56,562 nucleotides of DNA from a virus (lineage: Duplodnaviria > Caudoviricetes). The position numbers and the translations under genes are program-made. Where the stretch lies: positions 1-56,562 of the IMG/VR virus record IMGVR_UViG_3300021959_000047; one strand, 5' to 3'. Under the pieces are notes generated by a model. That model did no database searches. It was not told the origin of the DNA and was given only the letters and a program-made list of their open reading frames with translations. Of this stretch, positions 25,571-35,845 are shown one piece after another. Position 1 is the first letter of the stretch; the number at the start of each line of letters is the position of its first letter.

Positions 25571-26011
25571 ATGGCTATCACAACAGCAATGTGTACGAGT
25601 TTTAAAGCAGAACTACTTGGCGGTCTTCATGATTTAGATAGTGATGTTATTAAGATTGCACTTATTAAAGCTTCTCCTACAGGCACGTATGATGCTACAA
25701 CAACTAACTACTCAAACTTGACAGGTAACTCTGACGAAGCTTCAGGCACAGGCTATACTCCAGACGCAGAAACTCTGGCAAACGCAAGTATTACAACAAG
25801 TGGAACAACTGCTTATGTAGACTTTGGTACTGATCCAGAGTGGACTTCTGCTACTATTTCTGCAGACGGTTGTCTTATCTACAATGAAACAGCAGGGGAT
25901 AGAGCTATCTGTGTAATTGACTTCGGTGGAACTAAAACTTCTACTAACGGTACATTTAAAGTCGAGTTCCCAACTCCAGGTGCTTCTACAGCAATTATTC
26001 GCATCGCATAA
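25571..26011 (+). CDS. Virion structural protein
   Basis: MAITTAMCTSFKAELL...KIAL...GY...DFGG.KTS.NGTF family. Confidence 0.7.
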   Translation: MAITTAMCTSFKAELLGGLHDLDSDVIKIALIKASPTGTYDATTTNYSNLTGNSDEASGTGYTPDAETLANASITTSGTTAYVDFGTDPEWTSATISADGCLIYNETAGDRAICVIDFGGTKTSTNGTFKVEFPTPGASTAIIRIA

Positions 26012-26026
26012 TAAGGGGTTATCTTA

Positions 26027-29000
26027 ATGGCTTTTGTTGTAAAAGACAGAGTAAAACAATCCACAACTACTACTGGTACAGGTAGTATAGTACTCAATGG
26101 AACTGTATCGGGCTTTCAAACATTTGCTAATGCTTTGTCCGATGGTGACACTACTTACTATGCTATTTTTGAAGTAAGCACTAATGAGTGGGAAGTAGGT
26201 GTAGGTACATGGACAGAGAGTACAACTACTTTGGCTCGTACTACTGTGCTTGCTTCTTCTAACTCTAACAGTGCGATTGATCTGTCAGCACAAGCAGAAG
26301 TCTTTATTACGCAACCTGCAGGTAAGGCTGCTTTCTTTGATCCATCAGGTGACTTAACACTGGTGCAAGACCCCACGTCTAATTTACAAGCTGCGACAAA
26401 GCAGTATGTAGATACGATTGCTGCAGCAGGTCTACACTACCATGATCCTGTACGTGTTGAGCAAGAGGGTAACCTAAGTGCTACATACAGCAATGGAACT
26501 GCAGGTGTAGGAGCTACACTAACTAACAACAGTACACAGGCAGCACTGACAATTGACGGTGTTGCTTTGTCACTTAATGACCGTGTACTTATCTATGAAC
26601 AAACAAACGGTTACGAAAACGGTATCTACACAGTTACCAACGTAGGTTCCGCAAGTACTAACTGGGTACTTACTCGTGCTACAGATGCAGACAGTTATGC
26701 CCCATCTGATCCTGACTCACTAGGTCAAGGTGATGCATTCTTTGTACTTGAGGGTGCAGCAGGTGCTGGTGAACTTTATGTAATGAATACCTCTGGTACG
26801 ATTACCTTTGGTACAACTAACATTACATTTACTCAAGTTGCATCTACTGCTGTTTATTCTGCAGGTACAGGTCTAACTCTTACAGGTACAGAGTTTGCTG
26901 CTGATGGTGCAAACATAACAAACGTAGATGCTGTTACACTTGACGGTATAGACAGTTCACAATTCCTACGTAGTGATGTAGTGGACACTAAAACTGCAGG
27001 TAACCTAAACTTTAGTGATAACGTTAAAGCACAGTTTGGTGATAGCTCTGACCTACAGATTTACCATGATGGGTCAGAAAGTTATATTTTAGATAATGGA
27101 ACTGGTGGAATTAATATCCAAGGCTATCAGTTTATAAAAATTGCCAATGTAGATGCTTCTAAAACATCTGCGTCATTTAACGTTGCTGGCGCAGTGCAAT
27201 TAAATCACAACAACGCACTCAAGTTTACCACCACCTCCACAGGTATTGACGTAACTGGCAGAATTACAACAGATGCTATTACAGAAGATACTAGTGGCAA
27301 TGTTGGAATTGGTGCAACAAGTCCAGCAGCAAACTTAGACGTTGTAGGTACAACAGCAGGGTCAGGTACGGCAGAGACTGTATTTAGACTAGCTCAACCT
27401 GCATCTACTCTTAGTGCATATAATGAAATACGTTCTGGTGTCACATCAGGAACAGACCCATACCTTGCATTTGCTGTAAGGGAAGCCAATACTCCGTGGA
27501 ATACGGTAGAACGTATGATCATTGATAGTAATGGTCGAGTTGGAATTGGAACAAGTTCACCAGCATCAAAATTTCAAGTTAAACAATCTGCTGTTTCAGA
27601 TTTAAATGGCCTTGACGGTATTCGTATTGAGCACTCAAACGGCTCTACAACTGCTTATGGTGGCTTAGGTTTAACAGGAACTAATTTAACTATAGCCGTA
27701 GGTAGTGGAGGTACTACTAGCACTAACTTGATTTTTAGAACAGCGGCAAGCGGTGTAGAAGCAGAAGCCATGCGCATCGACAGCAGCGGTAATCTCTTTG
27801 TGGGTAAAACTACTGGCTCTCTTGGTACAGCAGGAACGGTCATCTACGGCGGTTCATATCCTGGTCTGATTGAAAGCGTTACCGACAACCTAAAAACAAT
27901 GACCCTCAACCGTAAGACATCAGACGGAGATATTATAGACCTTCGGCGTGATGGCTCTCAGATTGGTGGTATTGGGGTTACTGGTGGTGATCTTTATCTT
28001 GGAACGACTGACACAGGTTTAAGATTTGTAAATTCCACAGATTCAATAGAACCATTAAATACATCAACCCAAGCAAGGCGTGATGCGTCTATTGATTTGG
28101 GTTCATCTGGCTACCGCTTCAAAGACCTCTACCTCTCTGGTACTGCTTATTCACAAAGAATACAGTTTGCGCAAGCTGCTTCTCACATTTCTAATAATAT
28201 AGATTTGTGGGGCGGCAATGACGCACACTTAATTGGTACTGAAAGTTATTACAACAGGTATGGCCCAGATGGCTGGGGTACTGGTTCTAATACTATAGGT
28301 CACAGGTTTTATGGTAGAACTGGTCAACTTACTGCGCAATTAGGAACGGGTGGGGCATCTGGTAATTTAGATTCTAGTTTCTACGGTAATGTTGGCATCG
28401 GAACCACAAGTCCAAATACTGCACTAGAAATAAAACGAACTTCAGGTACAGCAAATCTAAGGTTACACGCAGATCATATCAGTACCCCACGTACTGCTAT
28501 AGAATTTATGCGGGGAACTACAGATACATTTGGCGGTGATGCCTATACTGATTGGAAGATAGGGCACGTAGGCTCAGACCAAGCTGACTTTGCAATTATT
28601 TCTCACGATACAACTAGAGGAGCAAATGAACGGTTAACTATTGAGTATAATACAGGTAACGTGGGCATAGGAACTACAAATCCAACACAAAAATTAACTA
28701 TTAATAGTGGATCATCTAGTGGTGGTTTGTTGATAAATGCAACTACTGCTGATTCTTTTGTTCTTTTAATGGAAACCGCTGCTAATAGAGGCTTCTATTT
28801 AAGTGTAGACGGCAATAATAATAGTGGATCAAACTATTCTTTATCGTTTGTTGAAAATAATAATGGAACCACTACCAACAGAATGATGATTACTTCTGGC
28901 GGAAACGTGGGCATCGGCACCACAAGTCCAAGTTATAAGTTACACGTAGATCATGGTTCAGCTACTTACAGTTCATTTTTAGATGGAGATGCAATTATTA

Positions 29001-31861
29001 GGTCTAATGGTCCTGGGTCTTGGAATGACGGACTAAATATCTTAGATAACAATGCAAATGGGTGGGCGGGAATTACTTTCCATAGAGGTGGTTCCATTAA
29101 TGGTGCTACTACCAATAAGTATTGGACAGGGTTAAGATCAGGCACAAACAACTATATTATGTTTGGTGCACCGTTTTCTGGCATTCAATCTGCATCTAAT
29201 ATATCTGCACCTCGTGATGATATAATATTTGAACATAAAGCTGGAACAACAGGTTATCCTTTTGAGTTTTATGTTCCTGTTAACTTTGGTCAAGAAGTTG
29301 GCATTGGTACTACCAGCACTACTAATTCTGGCTTGCGTGTTGCGAAAGGAACAATTGACGGTACGTCTGATCCTGATTTAGTGCTGCATTTTCAAATGGA
29401 TGTTGCAGATACCACTGTACCAAATAAAGGCATTGGCGATGTAACAGGAACAAGATTTGGCACTTATACAAATGTTGATGCTCCTGGTGGTCAAGGCATG
29501 GACACAGGTGGTAACCTAACAGGTATTGATTTAGGTGCTGCTCCTATTGAGGGTATCAGTAATGGTGATGATTTTACTATTTCGTTCTTCTGTAAATTAG
29601 ATACAACTTTTACTAATAGTTATGTTGGTCTTTTTACTTCTTGGAGTACGCCTAATAATTTCTGGTTTGGTTTAAGAAACGTAGGAGGTGAGTACGGATT
29701 CCACACCAATCAGCAAAATGGCAGTCAATATATAGACCTTACTGCCTCAACTATTGATCCAGGGATAGGTTCATGGCATCATTGGTGTCTAGTTAAAAAA
29801 GGCACAACTTTTTATGCATATTTTGATGGACAACTACATGCGTCAGGAACGGGCACAGGTTCTATAACTGGCTGGTACGATGGAACAAGCACTGGAAGTA
29901 CAGGTACAGGTACAGGAACCCGTTATCATACAATTAACGTAACAAACTACACTACGAGTTATGCTACAGACCATGCTTTAAGTGACTTTAGGCTCTATAA
30001 AAGAGGTTTAAACGCTTACGAGATTGCAGAAATTTACAAAATGACAGGTCGTCATGCTGCACCTGTTGAACCTCAAACTGGCAATATAACACTTCCTGCA
30101 GTTAAAGTTAAATCAAGTGCCGCCAATGTACCTGCTATTGCAATTCAGCAAGTACAGCCTGAAGGTGACACTATTATTTTTGCTGACTTTGAACCATATG
30201 TTGAATATAACATTATGGCAGATAACAGTGCCGATACAATTCTTTTCAACTCTGGAACATCTACAAATAGCCTTGGCTCAAGAACGGTTTACAACGGTCA
30301 AGGTACAGCTAGGACTGCTTACGCAAAAGTATCGGTAGAACTAAATACAGGTAATCTTATAGTTGGCGGTAATGTCGGTATCGGCACCACAAGTCCATCT
30401 GCTAAATTAGAAGTAGAGTCCACAGGACAAATTTTATTATTAGGCAATGTTAACTATCAAGATCAATATATGAGATTTAGAACTCAAAGTGATGGTATTG
30501 ATTTTGGACTAAAAACAGGTGTTGGATCAAATGGAGCTGCTGTTATCAAAACTGGCAATCTCAAAGGCTTTGGTGTTGCAGCTGGTGAAACAAATACAGC
30601 ATTTGGTAACTTAACAGATGCTAATATAGACTTTTTTATTAAAGATGATGGTAAAGTTGGTATTGGCACCACAAGTCCAACTTGGGCAGTAACAGTAAAT
30701 AATCAGTCAACTGCAAACTCCTCAACAGGTACTATGCTCATCAGTACTGCACTTAACGGATCAGGTGAAGGTGTTGTAATTGATTCGTCAACTAGAACAA
30801 CAAACGACAATGCAGTTGCAATGTTTAAAACAGTCAACAGAAGTGGTAATGTTGCATTCGAAGTTCAAGTTGATGGTAAAGTCGGCATAGGCACTACAAG
30901 TCCTCAAGAAGAGCTACATGTTAACGGAGATATTTATGTTGCAGAAAACAATGGTATTATAAGACCTGCTGAAACAACTAAATATGCCAACTTCCCTTCA
31001 GGACTTGTTTACAGATACTATAATAACCCTACCGCATCTGTACACCCATTAAATCGTTTTGATCTTACTAACAGAATTAAAAATAGTTCATCCTTATTAG
31101 AGTGGGGGGTAACTTCAACCGTAAACGGCTTTACTAAAAATAGTGATTATTATCAAGTAGAGTTTCATGGCTATTACTGGGCACCTACAGAGGGGCTTTA
31201 TGAGTTCGGTATTGACTCTGATGATGCTTCCGATTTCTTTATTGACGGTGTAAGGGTTGCTGATTTTTACCAAGGACACGGTGTAACTGGTACTTATTCT
31301 GGAGGTGCTTATGCTTATCAAAATTCTGGGCAAGCTTATCTTCAGGCAGGTTGGCATAGACTGTATGCGAGATTTTCAGAAAACAGTGGTGGCGACGAAT
31401 GTACTCTTTGGCACAAGGAGCCAACTGGAAGCTTTGAAATAATTCCTGCCGATCATCTTTACCATAGTGCAGAAGACCTTATAAGAGCAAGCACAGGCAC
31501 GTTTCAAATATATGGAACCACACAAATACATGATGGCTCTTTACAAGAAGAGTTTCGTGGACTTAGTGGAACCAGCGTAACGTGTGATCCCGATACAGCA
31601 GGTGCATTTGCTTTGATAATGTCAGGCAATACTACATTTACATTTGGTGGGACTTCTAGTGGATGGTCGTCTTCTTTTGTGTTACAACTGGTTGGCAACG
31701 CATCTACTGCTTATACTGTTACGTGGCCTAGCTCTGTTGTATGGTCAGGAGGTACAGTACCAGATGCGCCAGGAACTGGTGAATTAGACATGTATGTGTT
31801 CTACACAAGAGATGGTGGAGCAACATGGTATGGGGCACAATCACACGATGCTGCCGCATAA
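26027..31861 (+). CDS. Long modular fibre protein, 1944 aa, with LamG-like and PA14-like domains
   Basis: DRVK..TTTTGTG head; about 9 G.VGIGT.SP repeats; W.H..LV...YFDG LamG-like; YEFGIDSDDAS...IDG and L.AGWH..ENSGG PA14-like. Confidence 0.85.
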   Translation: MAFVVKDRVKQSTTTTGTGSIVLNGTVSGFQTFANALSDGDTTYYAIFEVSTNEWEVGVGTWTESTTTLARTTVLASSNSNSAIDLSAQAEVFITQPAGKAAFFDPSGDLTLVQDPTSNLQAATKQYVDTIAAAGLHYHDPVRVEQEGNLSATYSNGTAGVGATLTNNSTQAALTIDGVALSLNDRVLIYEQTNGYENGIYTVTNVGSASTNWVLTRATDADSYAPSDPDSLGQGDAFFVLEGAAGAGELYVMNTSGTITFGTTNITFTQVASTAVYSAGTGLTLTGTEFAADGANITNVDAVTLDGIDSSQFLRSDVVDTKTAGNLNFSDNVKAQFGDSSDLQIYHDGSESYILDNGTGGINIQGYQFIKIANVDASKTSASFNVAGAVQLNHNNALKFTTTSTGIDVTGRITTDAITEDTSGNVGIGATSPAANLDVVGTTAGSGTAETVFRLAQPASTLSAYNEIRSGVTSGTDPYLAFAVREANTPWNTVERMIIDSNGRVGIGTSSPASKFQVKQSAVSDLNGLDGIRIEHSNGSTTAYGGLGLTGTNLTIAVGSGGTTSTNLIFRTAASGVEAEAMRIDSSGNLFVGKTTGSLGTAGTVIYGGSYPGLIESVTDNLKTMTLNRKTSDGDIIDLRRDGSQIGGIGVTGGDLYLGTTDTGLRFVNSTDSIEPLNTSTQARRDASIDLGSSGYRFKDLYLSGTAYSQRIQFAQAASHISNNIDLWGGNDAHLIGTESYYNRYGPDGWGTGSNTIGHRFYGRTGQLTAQLGTGGASGNLDSSFYGNVGIGTTSPNTALEIKRTSGTANLRLHADHISTPRTAIEFMRGTTDTFGGDAYTDWKIGHVGSDQADFAIISHDTTRGANERLTIEYNTGNVGIGTTNPTQKLTINSGSSSGGLLINATTADSFVLLMETAANRGFYLSVDGNNNSGSNYSLSFVENNNGTTTNRMMITSGGNVGIGTTSPSYKLHVDHGSATYSSFLDGDAIIRSNGPGSWNDGLNILDNNANGWAGITFHRGGSINGATTNKYWTGLRSGTNNYIMFGAPFSGIQSASNISAPRDDIIFEHKAGTTGYPFEFYVPVNFGQEVGIGTTSTTNSGLRVAKGTIDGTSDPDLVLHFQMDVADTTVPNKGIGDVTGTRFGTYTNVDAPGGQGMDTGGNLTGIDLGAAPIEGISNGDDFTISFFCKLDTTFTNSYVGLFTSWSTPNNFWFGLRNVGGEYGFHTNQQNGSQYIDLTASTIDPGIGSWHHWCLVKKGTTFYAYFDGQLHASGTGTGSITGWYDGTSTGSTGTGTGTRYHTINVTNYTTSYATDHALSDFRLYKRGLNAYEIAEIYKMTGRHAAPVEPQTGNITLPAVKVKSSAANVPAIAIQQVQPEGDTIIFADFEPYVEYNIMADNSADTILFNSGTSTNSLGSRTVYNGQGTARTAYAKVSVELNTGNLIVGGNVGIGTTSPSAKLEVESTGQILLLGNVNYQDQYMRFRTQSDGIDFGLKTGVGSNGAAVIKTGNLKGFGVAAGETNTAFGNLTDANIDFFIKDDGKVGIGTTSPTWAVTVNNQSTANSSTGTMLISTALNGSGEGVVIDSSTRTTNDNAVAMFKTVNRSGNVAFEVQVDGKVGIGTTSPQEELHVNGDIYVAENNGIIRPAETTKYANFPSGLVYRYYNNPTASVHPLNRFDLTNRIKNSSSLLEWGVTSTVNGFTKNSDYYQVEFHGYYWAPTEGLYEFGIDSDDASDFFIDGVRVADFYQGHGVTGTYSGGAYAYQNSGQAYLQAGWHRLYARFSENSGGDECTLWHKEPTGSFEIIPADHLYHSAEDLIRASTGTFQIYGTTQIHDGSLQEEFRGLSGTSVTCDPDTAGAFALIMSGNTTFTFGGTSSGWSSSFVLQLVGNASTAYTVTWPSSVVWSGGTVPDAPGTGELDMYVFYTRDGGATWYGAQSHDAAA

Positions 31862-31884
31862 ATTTTAGCATAAAGGAGAAAACA

Positions 31885-32106
31885 ATGGCTAAAGAAAAAA
31901 AGGCTACTGTTATCACTATTGATGACGTAGATTACACAGAAGATCAACTTACAGAGGAACAGAAGGTACTGATTAATCATGTTGCCTCACTAGATCAAAA
32001 GATTAACTCTGCTAAGTTTAACTTAGATCAACTATCTGTAGGCAGAGATGCATTTATGAAAATGCTGCAGGAATCTCTTACTAAAGAAGAAGAAGCTGCC
32101 GCATAA
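31885..32106 (+). CDS. Small coiled-coil protein, fibre chaperone-like
   Basis: ITIDD..Y..DQL.EEQK...; AAGGAG RBS. Confidence 0.65.
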   Translation: MAKEKKATVITIDDVDYTEDQLTEEQKVLINHVASLDQKINSAKFNLDQLSVGRDAFMKMLQESLTKEEEAAA

Positions 32107-32116
32107 GGAGTAGCTA

Positions 32117-33202
32117 ATGGCCTTTTCACAAAATCCTTTTTCCGTAGCCAGCTTCGGTGAAAGCTATGAACAGGCCGATGTTACGATCACGGTAACTGGG
32201 TTTGCTGCTACATTATCAATAGCAGATGTAACCGTAACTGCAAGTGCTACCGTTGTACCTACAGCAGTAGAAGCTACAGGCAGTATCAATGATGATGTTA
32301 GTGTCACTGGTACTGCACTGTTCAGCATTACTGGGGTACAGGGCACAGGTGAGGTAGACACAAACTCTGTCGTTATAGCTGATGCACTAACAGTTATAAC
32401 AGATTCGTTTGAAGCTACAGCTACCGTTGATCCAAACTCTGTAGTCACTGCTGGTGCTACTGTTGTACCAACTTCAGTTGAAGCTACGGGTGAAATAAAC
32501 GATGCTCTGACCATTACTGGTACTGCATTGTTTAGCATAGTCGGTGTTGAAGCCGAAGCAATAACAGACGATCCTACAGTTAGTGGAGATGAAGTCACTG
32601 TTGATGCAGATGCATTAGTTGTAATCAGTGACTCGTTTGAAGCTACATTATCGTTAAACGGTAACGTTACAGTAACAGGTACTGCCGTTGTTGTACCAAA
32701 CGCAGTTGAAGCTACAGGTGTAGCAGACAACAATGTAACGGTTACGGGTACTGCACTATTTGATATAGGTGGCGTAGAAGGTACAGTACAGTTTAACGGA
32801 GACAACGTTAATGTCATTGCAAATGCTGACGTTGATCTTACAGGACAAAGTGTACTAGGCACTACCGCCGTAAACACTGTCACTGTTACTGCAGGTGCTA
32901 CCGTTGTAGCAAGTAGTGTGTCTGCAACATTAAGCACTAATGATGTAACAGTACTAACTACAAGATTTGATTATGCTGCACTAAAAGAACTTTACAGTAG
33001 AGTTCGTACTGCATACATAAAAGAACTAACAGACAATACTACAAGAACAGTATTTGTAAATGAGGTTCCCTATACCACAGTTTACGTTGAACCACAACCA
33101 TCAGAAGCAAGAACAGTTTATGTAGAAGAAGCACAGAATAGAACAGTATATATTGAACCCCAACCTTCTGAATATAGAACAGTATATGCCAGAGCAGCTT
33201 AA
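32117..33202 (+). CDS. Repeat-rich structural protein
   Basis: Internal repeats TGTALF.I.GV, ADAL.VI.DSFEAT, A.ATVVP..VEATG. Confidence 0.7.
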   Translation: MAFSQNPFSVASFGESYEQADVTITVTGFAATLSIADVTVTASATVVPTAVEATGSINDDVSVTGTALFSITGVQGTGEVDTNSVVIADALTVITDSFEATATVDPNSVVTAGATVVPTSVEATGEINDALTITGTALFSIVGVEAEAITDDPTVSGDEVTVDADALVVISDSFEATLSLNGNVTVTGTAVVVPNAVEATGVADNNVTVTGTALFDIGGVEGTVQFNGDNVNVIANADVDLTGQSVLGTTAVNTVTVTAGATVVASSVSATLSTNDVTVLTTRFDYAALKELYSRVRTAYIKELTDNTTRTVFVNEVPYTTVYVEPQPSEARTVYVEEAQNRTVYIEPQPSEYRTVYARAA

Positions 33203-33213
33203 AGGATAATACA

Positions 33214-33534
33214 ATGTCATTAAAATGGCCCAACAAAGACCCTGATGAAACACTTGATTACAGTATTGATTGGTCCCGTTTTCTTGGGGATGCAACTATA
33301 TCAAGCTATATTTGGTATGTAGATGCAGCAGATGGGACTAAGACACAACTTACAGATAGTGGACCATTAGTAAATGGCGTTCAGTTAGTTTCGTCATCTA
33401 ACACAAGCACAGTAGTTACTGCACACATTGGGTCAGGCACTAACAATAAACTGTATAAGTTTACATGTCAGATAACCGACAGCAATGGACTTACTGTAGA
33501 ACGAAGCATCAGACTACGTGTGAGGAATAAATAA
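33214..33534 (+). CDS. Fibre/tail adaptor protein
   Basis: KDPDETLDYSIDW motif. Confidence 0.65.
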   Translation: MSLKWPNKDPDETLDYSIDWSRFLGDATISSYIWYVDAADGTKTQLTDSGPLVNGVQLVSSSNTSTVVTAHIGSGTNNKLYKFTCQITDSNGLTVERSIRLRVRNK

Positions 33535-34253
33535 TGGCATATAATTTTCTTGGACTTGTAAATGAAATAAACCGTAGACTTAATGAGGTAGAGCTTTCAA
33601 GTTCTAACTTTGCTACAGCTACTGGGTTTTACAATACAGCTAAAGATGCAGTTAACTCTGCTATTCGACATGTCAATCACGAAGAATACAAATGGCCTTG
33701 GAACCATGTAACTGAAGAAGACATACTAACTACAGGCATATTGCGTTATGGATACCCTTCTGATGCTAAGTTATTAGACATGAATAGCTTCAGAATTAGA
33801 CGTGATGCAGACTTAAATGTTGAAACAATTAAATTAAAACCTATGGACTATCAAGAATATCTTGACAAATACATAGATTATGAGTATAACACTAGTAGTA
33901 GTAAACGTTCTGTACCAAAGTTTGTAGTACGTGCTCCAAGTCAAGAGTTCTTAATCCTGCCTACACCAGATAAAGATTATGAACTAGACTATGAATACTA
34001 TCGTAATCCAGTAGAGTTAGAGCTATACGATGATGTACCAAGTGTACCATTAGAGTTTAAACATATCATTGTAGATGGTGCAATGTTCTATGCATATCAG
34101 TTTAGGGGTGATGCACAGGCATCTCAAGTAGCACAACAAAAGTTTCAAGAGGGCATAAAGTATATGAGAAGTTTGTACATTAACAGTTACGACTATATTA
34201 GATCAACTGTTATACAAAAGAATACTTCTTACTTTACTAACATGAAAGTGTAA
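33534..34253 (+). CDS. Head-tail adaptor (tail tubular A-like)
   Basis: FL.LVN...RRLNEV, WPW, PTPDK.Y; size and position. Confidence 0.7.
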   Translation: MAYNFLGLVNEINRRLNEVELSSSNFATATGFYNTAKDAVNSAIRHVNHEEYKWPWNHVTEEDILTTGILRYGYPSDAKLLDMNSFRIRRDADLNVETIKLKPMDYQEYLDKYIDYEYNTSSSKRSVPKFVVRAPSQEFLILPTPDKDYELDYEYYRNPVELELYDDVPSVPLEFKHIIVDGAMFYAYQFRGDAQASQVAQQKFQEGIKYMRSLYINSYDYIRSTVIQKNTSYFTNMKV

Positions 34254-34257
34254 TACT

Positions 34258-35835
34258 ATGGCTACACAGTGGCAAACATTCCCAGTTCCTTTTACAGGTG
34301 GGTTAATTACAAACATCAGCCCCTTGCAGCAAGGTATGAATGCAGTTGGTTCTGCTGCTTTGTTACAAAACTTTGAACCATCACTAGATGGTGGATATAA
34401 AAAAGTTTCAGGGTACAATAAATTTATTGACAGTGCTGTTGCGGGTACAGGTGTTATACAGGCACTAGCTATTGTGCAAGATACAGGCAATCAAAAGGTT
34501 ATAGCTGCACGTAACGGTATTTATTATATTGCGGATGCCACAGACTCTACTCCCGCATGGGCAACGTTAGGCACTGCACCTAATACAACAATTACAAAAG
34601 TACGTCAGGCTCGTTATAACTTCACAAATGATCCTATTATGTGTTTTGTTGATGGTGTTAACTATCCTGCTTATTATGATATTGCAGATAATACACTAAC
34701 ATACTTAACTGCTTCTACTGACTCAGAGGGTAATGTAGTCACAACAAACATAAACACTCCTGTAGAGGGAGCAAGTCATGTGTGTATGTTTAAAAGTACT
34801 TTGTTCTTTGGGGTAGGTACTGAGTTAGTATTTACTGCTCCTTATACACCAGACGATCTTGATCCAGCTAATGGTGCAGGCAGTATTAGTATAGGATCAG
34901 AGATTACAGGACTAATTGTTTTTCGTGATCAGTTAATTATTTTTGCATACGATAAGATTGTAAGGTTAACAGGTGCTACTTCTGCTGACTTTGCACTGAC
35001 ACCAGTTACGGAAGACTTGGGTTGTCTTAGTGCTGACACAATTCAGGAAGTCGGTGCTGACGTTATGTTCCTTGGGCCAGACGGTCTACGTACTTTGAGT
35101 TCAACAGAACGTATTGGTGACTTTGGCATTGACGTTGCGTCTAAAAACATTAGACCTACAGTTGCGAGACTGCAAGACTATGCCACTGTATTCTCAAGTA
35201 CAGTAATTAGAAGTAAAGCACAGTATCGTTTGTTTGCTTATGTTTCAGGTGAACGTGTCAACGTTGCTAGGGGTGTGTTAGGAAGTAAATTTATTGACCA
35301 AGGTGGTCAGGGTTTTCAGTGGGCAGAACTAAAAGGTTTTAAGGTTTATATTGCAGACTCACAATTTATTGATGAAGATGAGTATAGAGTGTTTGCAAAT
35401 GAAGATGGTTACGTGTATAATATGGACACTGGAACAAGTAGGGACGGAGAAAACATAGATGCAATCTTTGAATCTCCCTATATGCCTATAACTGATCCAC
35501 AAATGCGTAAAACTTTTTATAAGCTTGATATGTACATCAAACCATTTGGTTCATTAAATATTGTTGCAGGTGTTAAATACAACCAAAACAGAGCAGACTA
35601 CATTCAACCTGCAAGTTTTAATATTACACAAACTGGAACTACAATTGGTATTTACGGGGATAACACAACGATATATAATACCTCAAAGTATGGTGCACCA
35701 AGAACACAAAGTTACATAAACCAGATAGTTGGATCAGGAGAAACTGTAGCTATACGAATAGAAGACAATAGTTCAGATGCTTCGTTTTTGTTAGATACTG
35801 CGATATTTGAGTATGCAGTAAACGATAGACAGTAA
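34258..35835 (+). CDS. Tail nozzle (tail tubular B-like)
   Basis: GGL...L.NFEP..GGY, ITGL..FRD.L, GC....IQE.G.D..FL..DG.R. Confidence 0.7.
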   Translation: MATQWQTFPVPFTGGLITNISPLQQGMNAVGSAALLQNFEPSLDGGYKKVSGYNKFIDSAVAGTGVIQALAIVQDTGNQKVIAARNGIYYIADATDSTPAWATLGTAPNTTITKVRQARYNFTNDPIMCFVDGVNYPAYYDIADNTLTYLTASTDSEGNVVTTNINTPVEGASHVCMFKSTLFFGVGTELVFTAPYTPDDLDPANGAGSISIGSEITGLIVFRDQLIIFAYDKIVRLTGATSADFALTPVTEDLGCLSADTIQEVGADVMFLGPDGLRTLSSTERIGDFGIDVASKNIRPTVARLQDYATVFSSTVIRSKAQYRLFAYVSGERVNVARGVLGSKFIDQGGQGFQWAELKGFKVYIADSQFIDEDEYRVFANEDGYVYNMDTGTSRDGENIDAIFESPYMPITDPQMRKTFYKLDMYIKPFGSLNIVAGVKYNQNRADYIQPASFNITQTGTTIGIYGDNTTIYNTSKYGAPRTQSYINQIVGSGETVAIRIEDNSSDASFLLDTAIFEYAVNDRQ

Positions 35836-35845
35836 GGAAAATAAT

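Noticed and set aside
32164-32937. Long antisense ORFs (also 5874..6422, 21624..22130, 46034..46543, 47072..47683 and others)
   Set aside because: Shadows of sense-strand codon bias; no RBS or motifs; opposite to the operon direction
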